Below, in pieces: positions 49,208 to 58,934 of a stretch of DNA of 64,000 nucleotides. Source of the stretch: Opitutia bacterium (GTDB taxonomy: Bacteria > Verrucomicrobiota > Verrucomicrobiia > Opitutales > Opitutaceae); the NCBI GenBank assembly GCA_947478395.1, contig CANJVR010000003.1, positions 32,001 through 96,000 on the forward strand. The letters are read 5' to 3'. A program made the position numbers and the translations under genes. The notes under the pieces are model-generated. The model saw only the letters and a list, made by a program, of their open reading frames with translations. It was not told the DNA's origin and did not search any database. The stretch's first letter is position 1. Each line of letters begins with the position of its first letter.

Positions 49208-49304
49208 CGGCAGGCGTCCCGGCCTGCCGAAACGAGAACGCCGAACCCGGCAGGCAGAGACGCCTGCCGCTACCAAAAACGGCCACGGAAAAACTTAAAC
49301 CGCT
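49208..49304. repeat. REP-like family D copy
   Basis: CGGCAGGCGTCCCGGCCTGCCG…CGGCAGGCAGAGACGCCTGCCGCTACC plus the shared tail. Confidence 0.7.
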
Positions 49305-50978
49305 CTAGCTTTTCAATCGCCCGACCGCCGCGAGCACGATCGATTGATCCGACGCCAATGCCGGCATCTCGGCAAAAACCGCCGCGGCGGCCGAACGATA
49401 ACTCGTCTTCCCTCGGGTGAGCGCCTGCACATAGCGCGTGGCCCGATCGATCAGTTTTAAATTGGTCGGTCGCACCCAGGTCATGACGTTGCCGGCATAG
49501 CGACCCATGCGGCCCATCAGGACGGTCGAATGCGCATTGAGCGCCAGCTTCAGCAACAACGTCTCCTCCAACGCGGTCGCCGCGATCGGTAACACCACAG
49601 CGACCTGACCCACGCTCAATTGCACGCGGCGGTCCGCCCGCAAGCTCACCAAAAACTCGGCGCCGCTCGCACGTTGTACTTTACCGCGCTCGCTCAGATC
49701 GAAGCCGTTCATCCACCCCATCGTCAGCTGCCGGCGAAATCGAAGGGGCGTCGCCCATGCGAGCGGCCGCGGCGTGCGATCGCCCAGCAGTTGCCGCCAC
49801 GCCGCCGCGGCATCGCGTGCGCCGGCCACCGTCACGTAACACCACGAAAGCCGCGGCCTACTTCGAACCGGATTTAATTGTGCGCGGGGTGCCCCCACCC
49901 CACTTGGACCGCTGCGGGGTGCGGGCGCCCCGCGCACAACCTGCGCCACCTGCGCTCCGGCCACCTGCGCGCGACCGCTCGCGAACTCACCTCGGTTCTC
50001 AAACGGCGCCAAATTAAACGTCGGTGCTCGCTCAGTCGTGTCGGCCAGCACCGTGATGGCCCGATGCGACGCGCGATATTCCACGCGACCGCAGCCGCGA
50101 TAGGCGCGTTGTTCGGCGCACACCAACGCGGCTTGGCGCACATGCGGAAAAGTTTTCACCGTCGAGGCCAGTCCATGCAAAAATCGCCCGCAGTCGGCCT
50201 CGTTGCCACCGTGCAAAAGCGCCCAGCCCACCGCGGCCATCTGCACCGTCGTCGCCTGCAACCGCGTGCTGCCGGCCAGCGCCATCGGACCCACCGTAAG
50301 TTCCAACGCTCGCACCCGGGGATGCGTGAGCACTTCGCGACAGCGCGCCAGCGTGGAAATCAAAATTTTCGCCGGATTGCAGAACACAAACCACACCGGT
50401 CGCACGCTTCGCTCCGCGGCCGCCAGCGCCGCCCCGATCACGTACGGCGTTTCGCCGCCCTCAGTCACAGCGATGAGCAAATCGTTTTTTCTGAAACCGA
50501 GCTGCCGCAAATGCCGCGCGCCATATTCGGGATGATCCTCGAATCCCTCAAATGAGCGGACGAGCGCCGCGTCGCCGCCGGCCATAAACGCGACGACATT
50601 TTCCCGCTGATCTGGTGTCGCCTGACGCCGCCACAGCTCTTCGAGATTCAACACCAAGCGTCCCGTGGCGCCACAACCGACCAGAAAAATCCGCCCCCGC
50701 CCCGCGCGGGTGGCGGCGATTTCTTCCGCGAGGTTGGTGATTAACGGCGCGTGTTTCGCCGTGGCACGGAGCGCCGCCGCGTCGACGGCGGCAAAATCGC
50801 GCAGCGCCGCCGCGGGATTATCCTGCGCGAGCTGCGAGAGCCGTCGCGTCCGCGGATGAATCTGTTCAGTCGGCAAATGGCCCAGGCGAAATTCCCCGGC
50901 CAAGCCCAAAAACGCCTCGAGCGAGTTCAATCCGTTGGCCGCGGCGACCGCGGCGGCCTGCTTTTTCTTTTTAACCAC
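49305..50978 (-). CDS. SIS-domain sugar-phosphate isomerase/etherase (MurQ/glucokinase-regulator-like)
   Basis: LPTEQ, GCGATGRL, MAGGD, EGFED, TEGGETP, GPMALAGSTRLQAT, NLKLIDRA; GTG start inferred. Confidence 0.82.
   Translation of the reverse strand: MVKKKKQAAAVAAANGLNSLEAFLGLAGEFRLGHLPTEQIHPRTRRLSQLAQDNPAAALRDFAAVDAAALRATAKHAPLITNLAEEIAATRAGRGRIFLVGCGATGRLVLNLEELWRRQATPDQRENVVAFMAGGDAALVRSFEGFEDHPEYGARHLRQLGFRKNDLLIAVTEGGETPYVIGAALAAAERSVRPVWFVFCNPAKILISTLARCREVLTHPRVRALELTVGPMALAGSTRLQATTVQMAAVGWALLHGGNEADCGRFLHGLASTVKTFPHVRQAALVCAEQRAYRGCGRVEYRASHRAITVLADTTERAPTFNLAPFENRGEFASGRAQVAGAQVAQVVRGAPAPRSGPSGVGAPRAQLNPVRSRPRLSWCYVTVAGARDAAAAWRQLLGDRTPRPLAWATPLRFRRQLTMGWMNGFDLSERGKVQRASGAEFLVSLRADRRVQLSVGQVAVVLPIAATALEETLLLKLALNAHSTVLMGRMGRYAGNVMTWVRPTNLKLIDRATRYVQALTRGKTSYRSAAAAVFAEMPALASDQSIVLAAVGRLKS
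49878..49970. repeat. Palindrome plus short tandem duplication inserted in frame in the SIS gene
   Basis: TTGTGCGCGGGGTGCCC…GGGCGCCCCGCGCACAA (arms match 16/17) next to three ACCTGCGC units. Confidence 0.8.
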
Positions 50979-51218
50979 GCGGCAGCGAAGCAGCGTTCGA
51001 CACGAGGTCGCAAGCGTGCGGAAAAAATCCCGCAAAGATCTTGCCCGCGGTTGCGACCGGCGCACTGCCTTATTTACGAATTCACGGAACGCGTTCCGCC
51101 TGCATTCAATCCAAGTGAACTGCGGCTGCGACGCAGGCCGCATGACGATCACGAAAGGTGGCGTAACTTTTTCCGTCAGGGGCCGGTGAATTGCCGCAGG
51201 GATGATTTTGGGGACTGG

Positions 51219-52502
51219 TCAGCTCACCATCGTGAGCTTGCTCACATCGAGCACATACATCTGCCGTCCACCGCTGTGCGCGGAGTCGATGCAGACCAGT
51301 TTTCCGTCCCGGCTCGCGCGCGGGTGATGGTCGCAACGCCACTCGCCGAGGTACGTCGGCGGACTGAAGAAATGGCCGATCGGAATTTTGCGGGCGGTCG
51401 GGATATGGTAGAGATAAGGATGCTGATAACGCCTCGCGTCGGGATACGTGTCGTTGAGCACCCACTGGTTTTTCGTGCCGGGCAGGTACGTGTTATGGCC
51501 GTTCACGACCATGTCGTCGGGACCGACCGCCTGCACCTCGGTGGTCCGGTCCTTGTAGAGATAAAACTTTTCCGCGGACAGCGACGGATGCCAGGCCCAG
51601 GCCATGACGTGCTCCGGATCGCGCCAGATGAAATGCGAGGTCTTTCCCCACGGATCTATGCAGAACAGATTTTTGCCGTCCCGATCACAGGTGAACGCGC
51701 GCGTATCGAAGCCGCCTGTCGCGGGTCCGCGATTACGCCAGCGATGCAGAAAAAAGAAACGCGAGCCGTCGGTGTTAAACAGCAGGTGATTGAACCAGTG
51801 CTTCGCCTCCGGCACGGGCGCGGATTCCGGCTTGCCGGTAAACGGCCGCTTCGCGATGTCGGCAAAAGTGAACAGCAATTCCTGTTTTCCCGTCGCCATG
51901 TCCATCCGCCAGATGCCGGCGTCGTCCGGCGCTTTCTTCTCGAAATTAGGATCGGGAATTCCGGTGTAACCGTAGCCCGGGCGACAATCGTTGAGTCGGC
52001 GAAAATCAGGGGCGATCGCAACTTTGCCGTCGGGACTGAGATTATAGATTGGTTGCGGCAGCGTGCGCATTTTCCGCGTCTGCACGTCCGTGACGCGGGA
52101 GACGAAGTGATCGCCCTCGCGATCATTCCAAATCACCTCGCGATCGCTCCCGGGTACCCATTGCAGCATGCATCCTTGCTGCCAGTTCCAGGCGTGCGTG
52201 GTGCCGAGTTCAATCCAGCGATCGCCGTCCTGCAAATCCACCATGCCGATGCGGAGAACGTCGTCGGCCTTCGGCGAACGCCCCTCGAAATCAATTTGGT
52301 TCGCCAGCAAGTAACGGTTGTCGGGGGAAAACTGAAACTTGTCGTAATACCCGAACCAATGAAATCGCGGTCCACGCGTGATCGCACGAACCAGCGGAAG
52401 ATTTTCATCGGTGGCGGTGTCGGCGGCGCGGGCGAGCAGGACACCGAGCGACCCCAAGGCTGGGGTGGCCGCGAGTGCCCGCAGAAAATTACGGCGGTGC
52501 AT
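51219..52502 (-). CDS. Tat-exported beta-propeller protein (oligogalacturonate lyase/TolB-like)
   Basis: MHRRNFL twin-arginine signal; HWFGYYD, WNWQQG, HWFNHL, RCDHHPR. Confidence 0.75.
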   Translation of the reverse strand: MHRRNFLRALAATPALGSLGVLLARAADTATDENLPLVRAITRGPRFHWFGYYDKFQFSPDNRYLLANQIDFEGRSPKADDVLRIGMVDLQDGDRWIELGTTHAWNWQQGCMLQWVPGSDREVIWNDREGDHFVSRVTDVQTRKMRTLPQPIYNLSPDGKVAIAPDFRRLNDCRPGYGYTGIPDPNFEKKAPDDAGIWRMDMATGKQELLFTFADIAKRPFTGKPESAPVPEAKHWFNHLLFNTDGSRFFFLHRWRNRGPATGGFDTRAFTCDRDGKNLFCIDPWGKTSHFIWRDPEHVMAWAWHPSLSAEKFYLYKDRTTEVQAVGPDDMVVNGHNTYLPGTKNQWVLNDTYPDARRYQHPYLYHIPTARKIPIGHFFSPPTYLGEWRCDHHPRASRDGKLVCIDSAHSGGRQMYVLDVSKLTMVS

Positions 52503-52664
52503 GGCTGAAACCGTGCTAGGTTCTTGCTCACACTCCACGTCAAATTTCGAGCGGCCAACCTCCAGGAACGGCCTCTGCAACGGTGGGCGGGACGCGGACA
52601 CCCCGCCACCGTTTCGAACTTCGAGGCCTTGCTCGCCCTGTTCAGCGCCCCCAAGTTTCTTCCG

Positions 52665-53642
52665 ATGCCCGCGCTCGAAACGACTCTGCTCCGACTGACC
52701 GAAGCGGATTGGCGCGCCCGCCAGTCGGCGCACGAAGCTCGCGTGCGCGCGTGGACGGATCCCCACCAAGCCCGCGCGGCCCGCGGAGAAAAGCATCCGG
52801 TCTTCGATTTTTTGTTCACGTATTACGCGTTTCGGGCGGCGTGGCTACGTCGCTGGCATCCGGGACCGGACGTCGCGCTGCTTGGCGAAAGCGCGCGCGA
52901 ATTTCTCCGCTGGCCCGAGTATCGCGAGGTGCACCTAGGAGCGCGGCCGCCGTCGGCCACAACTTCATCAATCGATGCGGACGAGGGCGTCCGCGCTCCC
53001 ACCGCCGTCGCCGTCGATCCCACGCAGTTGCCTGAACATCGCCGCGCTTTCGTCGCCTGGCTGCGCGATCTGTTGACGGCTGTGCAAACCCGCCCGGCCT
53101 TCTTTGGCTGTTTCGGCCTGCACGAATGGGCGATGGTTTACCGGCAAACACCTGACGAGATTCGCCACAACGCCTACGCGCTCCGTTTCCCTCCGGCCGA
53201 ACTCGCCCGCATCGTGGAGGGCTCGCCGATCACCTGCACCCACTTCGACGCGTTTCGCTTTTTCACCGCGCCCGCCCGTCCGCTGAACAAACTCCAGCCC
53301 ACGCGTGAAACCGCGCCGCAACACGAGCAGCGCGGGTGTCTCCACGCCGGCATGGATCTCTACAAGTGGGCGTTCAAGCTGGCGCCGTTTACGCCGAGCG
53401 AACTGATCGCCGATTGTTTCGCCCTCGCGCGCGACATTCGGGAAATCGACATGCGCGCGAGCCCGTATGATCTCCGTTCGCTGGGCTATGAACCCATCGC
53501 GATCGAAACGCCGGCTGGCCGCGCCGAATACGAACAGCACCAGCGTGCGTTCGCGACGCGCAGCGAACCACTCCGCGCGCGGCTCATCATGCTGTGCGAG
53601 CGACTGCTCACAACGGGTGAGACCGAGGTCGGCGTGCGTTGA
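52665..53642 (+). CDS. Conserved protein of the family commonly annotated 3-methyladenine DNA glycosylase
   Basis: KHPVFDFLFTYY, LRRWHPG, CFGLHEWAMVY, CTHFDAFRFF, GCLHAGMDLYKW, DMRASPYDL. Confidence 0.8.
   Translation: MPALETTLLRLTEADWRARQSAHEARVRAWTDPHQARAARGEKHPVFDFLFTYYAFRAAWLRRWHPGPDVALLGESAREFLRWPEYREVHLGARPPSATTSSIDADEGVRAPTAVAVDPTQLPEHRRAFVAWLRDLLTAVQTRPAFFGCFGLHEWAMVYRQTPDEIRHNAYALRFPPAELARIVEGSPITCTHFDAFRFFTAPARPLNKLQPTRETAPQHEQRGCLHAGMDLYKWAFKLAPFTPSELIADCFALARDIREIDMRASPYDLRSLGYEPIAIETPAGRAEYEQHQRAFATRSEPLRARLIMLCERLLTTGETEVGVR
52935..53003 (+). repeat. REP-like family A copy inserted in frame
   Basis: CTAGGAGCGCGGCCGCCGTCGGCC…GCGGACGAGGGCGTCCGCGCTCCCACC encodes LGARPPSATTSSIDADEGVRAPT. 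Confidence 0.88.
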
Positions 53643-53699
53643 GCCCGATGCGCTGGCTTGAGGCTGCAAACGCGTCTTGCGGTCAAGCCACCCTGCTCC

Positions 53700-54029
53700 C
53701 GCGCACTTATTTCTTCGGCACGATTTACCTCACGACATCCGCGAAACACTCCGCTGGTGCCAGCCGATCGCCACCACGCTCAAATTCTAATCGGCCGAAG
53801 ACTTGCCCCGCGCTCAAGGCCAGGCGTGCTCGCCATGAAACGCACCGGCCAGTTTCAGGGAGTCGCCCAAGTTTCACCGCGCACCATCCCCCGGGCAGAA
53901 CGCCCCGAGCTGGGTCTTGCCCTCGTTAAAAACTTCATCGAAGCCCAAGGCGGTCACGCCGGTCCTGATTTCCCAGATCAAGGCGGCAGCGTATTTTGGT
54001 TCGAGTTGCGTGCCGCTCCGGAAGCGTGA
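53700..54029 (+). pseudogene. Decayed histidine kinase HATPase C-terminus
   Basis: LGLALVKNFIEAQGGH…GGSVFWFEL (G2 box and end); N-box-like LTTSAKHS in another frame. Confidence 0.65.
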
Positions 54030-54106
54030 CACAAACTCGCCATCGTCGATCTCACTGACTGCGGATCGCGCTTGGCTCTCAAAAAAACAAACTGTCTATC
54101 TCCCCG

Positions 54107-55189
54107 ATGGCCACCGAGCCCGCCGACTCCCTCATTGCCACCCGGCGCAAGCCGAGCTTTCCCGTGGGCGACGGCCTGCGCTCCTATCTGCGGCGCTACA
54201 AACGCGACCGCGAACTGCCCATCACGTACGAGCGGCTCCGGGATTTCCACGAGGTCATCCCGCTGGCCGACGCCGACGGCCGGCCCACACTGTGGGACAC
54301 GGTCATTTATTCCGCGGAGGAAATGCCCGCACTGAACGAGGCGCTCAAGCAGGTCTACGCCTTGCTGAAAGTGGACGGCGATTTGAGCGTCGTGCAGCAT
54401 CTCTACGTCGACCGCGTCGACTTCTGCACCTTCGGCAACTCAACGCCGTTTCGGATCCGGATCGTCAACGCATTCAATGACAATCAGGACTATTTTTATC
54501 TCAAAAAAGCCGATGCGTCGCGCGTCTACGGGCTCGAACTCGAGCATCTGCTTTCACCCAACCGGCTCAACTTCATCACGCATGGCGCCACGCTCGTCGA
54601 GGAGCACGTTGCAGGCGTGCCCGGGGATATTTTTATCGAGCACTGGCTGGGCCGGCGGCCGGAATTGAAACCGGTGCGCGTCGCCAAGGAACTCGTGAAG
54701 TTCAACGAGCGCTGCTTCGTGCGCCTGCTGGGCGATATGCGCGCGTACAATTTTGTCTTCGTCGTCACGCCGGATTTCGAGGAAGCGCAGTTGCGGTTAC
54801 GCGCGATGGATTTCGATCAGCAAAGTTACAATGGACGGCTCAAGTTTTATCTCCCGCAGTTTTTCAAGGAGAACGCCGCGCTCGCACTTTTTTGCGCGAA
54901 GCATCTGCGGCAAGAAACGGCGCACCAATACCAGCGCGAGGAGCAGACGCTGATCCTGCAACGAGCCAATCTGGCTTCGGACCGACTCAGCTTACTACTG
55001 CACGAAATGTCCCACGACCCGATCGCGCCGATCGAGAAAGTACACCGGCTCCGCACGAGTCTGGCCGAACACTATGGCCGCAACGACTACCTGCGCTGCG
55101 AATCGATGGGCGCATTGGTTCGCGAGAACCTTGAGTCGATTCGACGGCACGTTGGTCGTGCCGTTGTCCCGGAACTTGTGCCGGAATAA
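54107..55189 (+). CDS. Conserved hypothetical protein with atypical kinase-like motifs
   Basis: FYLKK, GLELEH, LGDMRAYNF, AMDFD. Confidence 0.8.
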   Translation: MATEPADSLIATRRKPSFPVGDGLRSYLRRYKRDRELPITYERLRDFHEVIPLADADGRPTLWDTVIYSAEEMPALNEALKQVYALLKVDGDLSVVQHLYVDRVDFCTFGNSTPFRIRIVNAFNDNQDYFYLKKADASRVYGLELEHLLSPNRLNFITHGATLVEEHVAGVPGDIFIEHWLGRRPELKPVRVAKELVKFNERCFVRLLGDMRAYNFVFVVTPDFEEAQLRLRAMDFDQQSYNGRLKFYLPQFFKENAALALFCAKHLRQETAHQYQREEQTLILQRANLASDRLSLLLHEMSHDPIAPIEKVHRLRTSLAEHYGRNDYLRCESMGALVRENLESIRRHVGRAVVPELVPE

Positions 55190-55802
55190 TTCCGCCGGAA
55201 GGAGGAGCCCAATTCCGCCGGATAAAACGGAACGTCTCCGCCCGAATTTCACGCCTCCGTTCCTTTGGTTTTAAAAAACACTTTCTAAAGAGCAGTTGTG
55301 AAAAGCCTATCATCCCTGCCGGCAAAAAAATTTAACCGTTTCGTCCAAACCTTATCCCAGGCGCTTCGATCAACGCCTGAAAAATTCCAGTGATAAGCGC
55401 CGCGGCGTTTCGCTCCTGCGACAGGGTAACGCGAAATCCGCACCGTACGATGACGAGAAGCACGCCCGGATGTGACCAGCCGCGGCAACCCACGACCTGC
55501 ACCGCCTTGTCCCGGCGTATCGCGCGCCGCCGAAAATCTCGGCCAAGGGGCGGCGATATTAGCGTAAGGGAAACGCCCGGAGTGCACCCAAACAACCGAC
55601 CGCGCCGCGATCGCCCGCCGCAAATCCAATTGGGAAATGCGGGGGCGCGACTTCGCGGCGCCATCTGCGGTGTCGCACCCCGATCATCCACCGAGCGAAT
55701 CGCGGACCATGACCGCTTCAGCGGAATTTGAACACCGACCGGCCCGTCGTAGGCCAGGGCGCTGGCCCAGACCGACGATCGCGCACGCCGTTCACACGGC
55801 GG

Positions 55803-56579
55803 TTACTTCATGCGGGAAAAATCTGTCGGCGTGAGGAACACCGACTTAACGTCCGTCGTGAGTGAGCCGCCCGCTTTTGTCTCCGACGCCGTCTTGGCTG
55901 CGATCCATTTGGGATCGGCCCGGAACGCAGCCCAAGCCGTCGTGGCTGCTTCACGACTCGGATAGGCGAGGAGATAAATCAGCGTGCGACCCGCGCCTTT
56001 CGGCGCATCCGTCGGATGCCAGTACGCAACGCTGACGATCCCATGCTGCGCAAACAGTGCGCGCGTGTGATCGCGAAACCGCGCGTTGAGTGCATCGATG
56101 CCATTCTCCGGCGTCGTGTAGGTACGAAGTTCGAACACGCGGGCCGGGGTCGAGGCCTTGCTCACCAGTGCGGGTGAAAAATCGGCCGCGCTCATGAAGA
56201 CCGACTCCGCCTTGGCGACGATCTTACCCTGTGCCTCGCTGGCTTTACGCGCCTCCACCCATTCCGGGTCGGCGTTAAAGGCCGCCCACGATGCAGTCGC
56301 AGCGGCACGGCTCGCATGTTCAAGCACGTAGACGAGCTTCTCGCCCGCGCCGTCCGCGGCATCCATCGGGCTAAAATAGCCGACATTGATCATTCCGTGT
56401 TTTTCAAAGATCCGCGTCGTGTGATCGCGGAAACGGGCGAGGACGTTGGCAATTTTGCCGGGCGTCGCCGTATAGGTGCGCAATTCATAGACGCGGGTGT
56501 CGTCCGCCGCGCGCAGTCCGGCGACGGCGCACAACAGGAGAAAGCTGCCGGTGAGAAAACGAAGCGTGGGATAGTTCAT
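55803..56579 (-). CDS. Secreted tandem NIPSNAP-domain protein
   Basis: Signal peptide; two V[YF]ELRTY…ARFRDHT…F.ADP.W repeats. Confidence 0.9.
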   Translation of the reverse strand: MNYPTLRFLTGSFLLLCAVAGLRAADDTRVYELRTYTATPGKIANVLARFRDHTTRIFEKHGMINVGYFSPMDAADGAGEKLVYVLEHASRAAATASWAAFNADPEWVEARKASEAQGKIVAKAESVFMSAADFSPALVSKASTPARVFELRTYTTPENGIDALNARFRDHTRALFAQHGIVSVAYWHPTDAPKGAGRTLIYLLAYPSREAATTAWAAFRADPKWIAAKTASETKAGGSLTTDVKSVFLTPTDFSRMK

Positions 56580-56607
56580 GGATTTGGGGAAAGAAATTTC
56601 AGGGCAA

Positions 56608-56946
56608 TCAATTTGTCCAGTAGCCGGCGTGAGCCTTGTCGGACCCGGCGCCGGCGAGTTCGCCCGCCTGCGCTTCCTCCGGAGGAAGCTCCTCGATCGG
56701 GGCAAAACGCTCCGAAGTAAAGCCGAGCTCTTGTTTACCTTGATGAAACGGATCGGGGGGATTCGTGAGTTCGGTCAGCAACAGACCGACGGTGGCGGTT
56801 TCACCGCCCCGCACAACTTTTTCCCGGCCCAAAAAAACTTCCCGGATCGTGTAGGTCTCATCTTTCACCGGCAGCTGCTTATACAGCGCGCGGATGAACG
56901 AAGGAAACGTATCGTTGATGCAGACCACTTTCTGACCTTTGACCAT
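56608..56946 (-). CDS. Hypothetical protein
   Basis: GQKVVCIND…YTIR…ERFAP; codon bias typical of a real gene. Confidence 0.75.
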   Translation of the reverse strand: MVKGQKVVCINDTFPSFIRALYKQLPVKDETYTIREVFLGREKVVRGGETATVGLLLTELTNPPDPFHQGKQELGFTSERFAPIEELPPEEAQAGELAGAGSDKAHAGYWTN

Positions 56947-57012
56947 GAGGAAGAAGAATTCGGAAATTGAATAGGTGGCAAAGTGGAAAAAGGAAAATGT
57001 GTCGGATGATTT

Positions 57013-57474
57013 TTATTCGATGCGGCCTTCGTCAAAATCGATCAGATCGGGGACCGACTTGATTTCGCCGGCGCGATCCGCGCAGCCCATGGCCGTAAGC
57101 GCGGTCTTTAGAAATTCTTGGCCGGCCTCGGTCATGCCCTTTTGCACGAGTTCACGATTCCATCGCGCGGCGCGCACCTCTGGAGGAAAAAGCGCCAACA
57201 GACGTCGGTCGATTTCGGCGTCATCGGCTGAAGTATGGACGATGGTCTCGACCTCGACCGGATCCACGCCGAGGTGGAGCGACAAGAATCGATCGAGCCC
57301 GCGCTTGTAATTCTTTGCGTAGCTGGCCGGCAGCGCTCCGTGAGTTTTCACGTATTTGCACTTCGCGATGAAACGCGGGAGATAGAGCAATCCGGTGGCG
57401 GCGTGCGGCAAATAAGGCGACGGCAGCGTGGTCAGCACTTCTCCGGTGGAGCCGGGAATGGGTTTCGAAGACAT
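57013..57474 (-). CDS. DUF5069-like protein
   Basis: LPSPY…LPRFIAK, GLDRFLSLHLG, DLIDFDEGR. Confidence 0.75.
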   Translation of the reverse strand: MSSKPIPGSTGEVLTTLPSPYLPHAATGLLYLPRFIAKCKYVKTHGALPASYAKNYKRGLDRFLSLHLGVDPVEVETIVHTSADDAEIDRRLLALFPPEVRAARWNRELVQKGMTEAGQEFLKTALTAMGCADRAGEIKSVPDLIDFDEGRIE

Positions 57475-57785
57475 GGCGGACAACCAACAACTCCCGGCTC
57501 GTTCGCGCCAGCAAAAGCGCGTTCCGCCTCACGCGCAAATTCACGCCTCAATCAAATCAGGCCATGAGCCGCAGAGCTGGGCCGCGTGCCTGGCTCTTTC
57601 TGTTCGTCCGCCGAAAACTGAACGGCCACGGCGCCAGCCCAGCGACCGAAAAAATTCCCAAGCCCGCGCCCGCTAAAGCGGAAACCGAACGACGCTATCA
57701 GGGCCGGCAAATCACGCGGCGGCAGGAGCGGCTCAAAGCATGGAGCTTGCCGCGCGCAACGCCGCGCCCTCACATCGCTACGATC

Positions 57786-58265
57786 ATGGATAAAGCCGCG
57801 CTGCGCCACGCGATTCTTGCTCAACTGCAAGGCGAACTCGCCACGCTTACGACCGCCGCACACGACGCCCATGCCGAAGCGACCGACGAAGAAAACCGCG
57901 CCGAGGACAAATACGACATGCGCAGCCAGTCCGCCGCCTACCTGGCCGCCGGCCAGGCAAAACTCGCCACCGAACTCTCGGATGCGATCGGCGCATATCA
58001 GACCCTCGCCCTGCCAGAATTCGCCGTCGGCGATATCATCGCGACCGGCGCGCTCGTCACCCTGGAGTCAAACGGGCGGCCGACCCTTTATTTTCTCGGT
58101 CCGGCTCGCGGTGGACTGGAACTCGCGATCGATGGGCGGACGGTCTTGGTCGTCACGGCCGCTTCTCCCTTGGGTCGACAATTCGTTGGGCGCCGGGCCG
58201 GTGACAGCATCGCCCTCCCCGTCCGGACGGGCTCGAGCGTGCACATTATTACGGCGGTTTCCTAG
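57786..58265 (+). CDS. GreA/GreB-family factor
   Basis: AEDKYD…YLAAGQ coiled coil; SPLGRQFVGRRAGD. Confidence 0.85.
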   Translation: MDKAALRHAILAQLQGELATLTTAAHDAHAEATDEENRAEDKYDMRSQSAAYLAAGQAKLATELSDAIGAYQTLALPEFAVGDIIATGALVTLESNGRPTLYFLGPARGGLELAIDGRTVLVVTAASPLGRQFVGRRAGDSIALPVRTGSSVHIITAVS

Positions 58266-58358
58266 CCTAACGGCACCCGCGCGAGATGCGACCGCGACGG
58301 TCCGCGCTCCCTCGACGCCGCCTCAGCGGCACGGGCACCATGCAAGAAGCTGGCCCCG

Positions 58359-58853
58359 CTACGACTTTAGCGCCGCCACGATACGCTTCTCAAAATCTTC
58401 CGCCGGCTCCGCGCCCACTTTGCGAACACGAATCACGCCCGTGCGGTCGATGATGAAGGTCGTGGGAATCGCATCCATGCCACCAAAGGCCTGCTGGATG
58501 TCCTCGTCGCCCATCACCATTTGATAATTTACGCCAAACTTCTCGACGAAGGCCTTGACCACTTCCGTTCCGCCTTGATCGAGCGAGACTCCAATAATCA
58601 CCAGCCCGTCCTTGCCGTACTTATTCTGCAGCGCGACATAGCCCGGGATCTCCGCGCGACAAGGCGGACACCAAGTCGCCCAGAAATCGACGACCACCAC
58701 TTTCCCCTTGAAAGCATCGGAGCTGACCAGTTTGCCGTCCAAATCCTTCAGCTTCCAAGCCGGCGCGGCCCGCGGCACGACCGGTTCGGCCCGTGAACAC
58801 GCCCCGAGGATAAAAACCAAAACCAGGCAAAATGAAGCGCCCAAGGATTTCAT
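58359..58853 (-). CDS. TlpA-family thioredoxin-like lipoprotein
   Basis: LGAC lipobox, DFWATWCPPC, IPTTFIID. Confidence 0.93.
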   Translation of the reverse strand: MKSLGASFCLVLVFILGACSRAEPVVPRAAPAWKLKDLDGKLVSSDAFKGKVVVVDFWATWCPPCRAEIPGYVALQNKYGKDGLVIIGVSLDQGGTEVVKAFVEKFGVNYQMVMGDEDIQQAFGGMDAIPTTFIIDRTGVIRVRKVGAEPAEDFEKRIVAALKS

Positions 58854-58934
58854 GATAAAGAGAAGCTAGGAACGAAAGGGTGAGCCGCAAATTCTCTGCC
58901 CGGATATTCGGGAAACCACACCTTGAGCACCTCC

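Noticed and set aside
50751..52508. 585-aa plus-strand ORF
   Set aside because: Antisense to the Tat-exported protein; Arg-rich shadow
52579..52613. Hairpin AACGGTGG…CCACCGTT between divergent genes as a terminator
   Set aside because: No U-tract and wrong context; single copy, so it cannot be assigned to a repeat family
55190..55800. 600-bp gap with short ORFs as a gene or ncRNA
   Set aside because: No convincing motif, codon bias or recognisable RNA family; may be decayed sequence but cannot be supported
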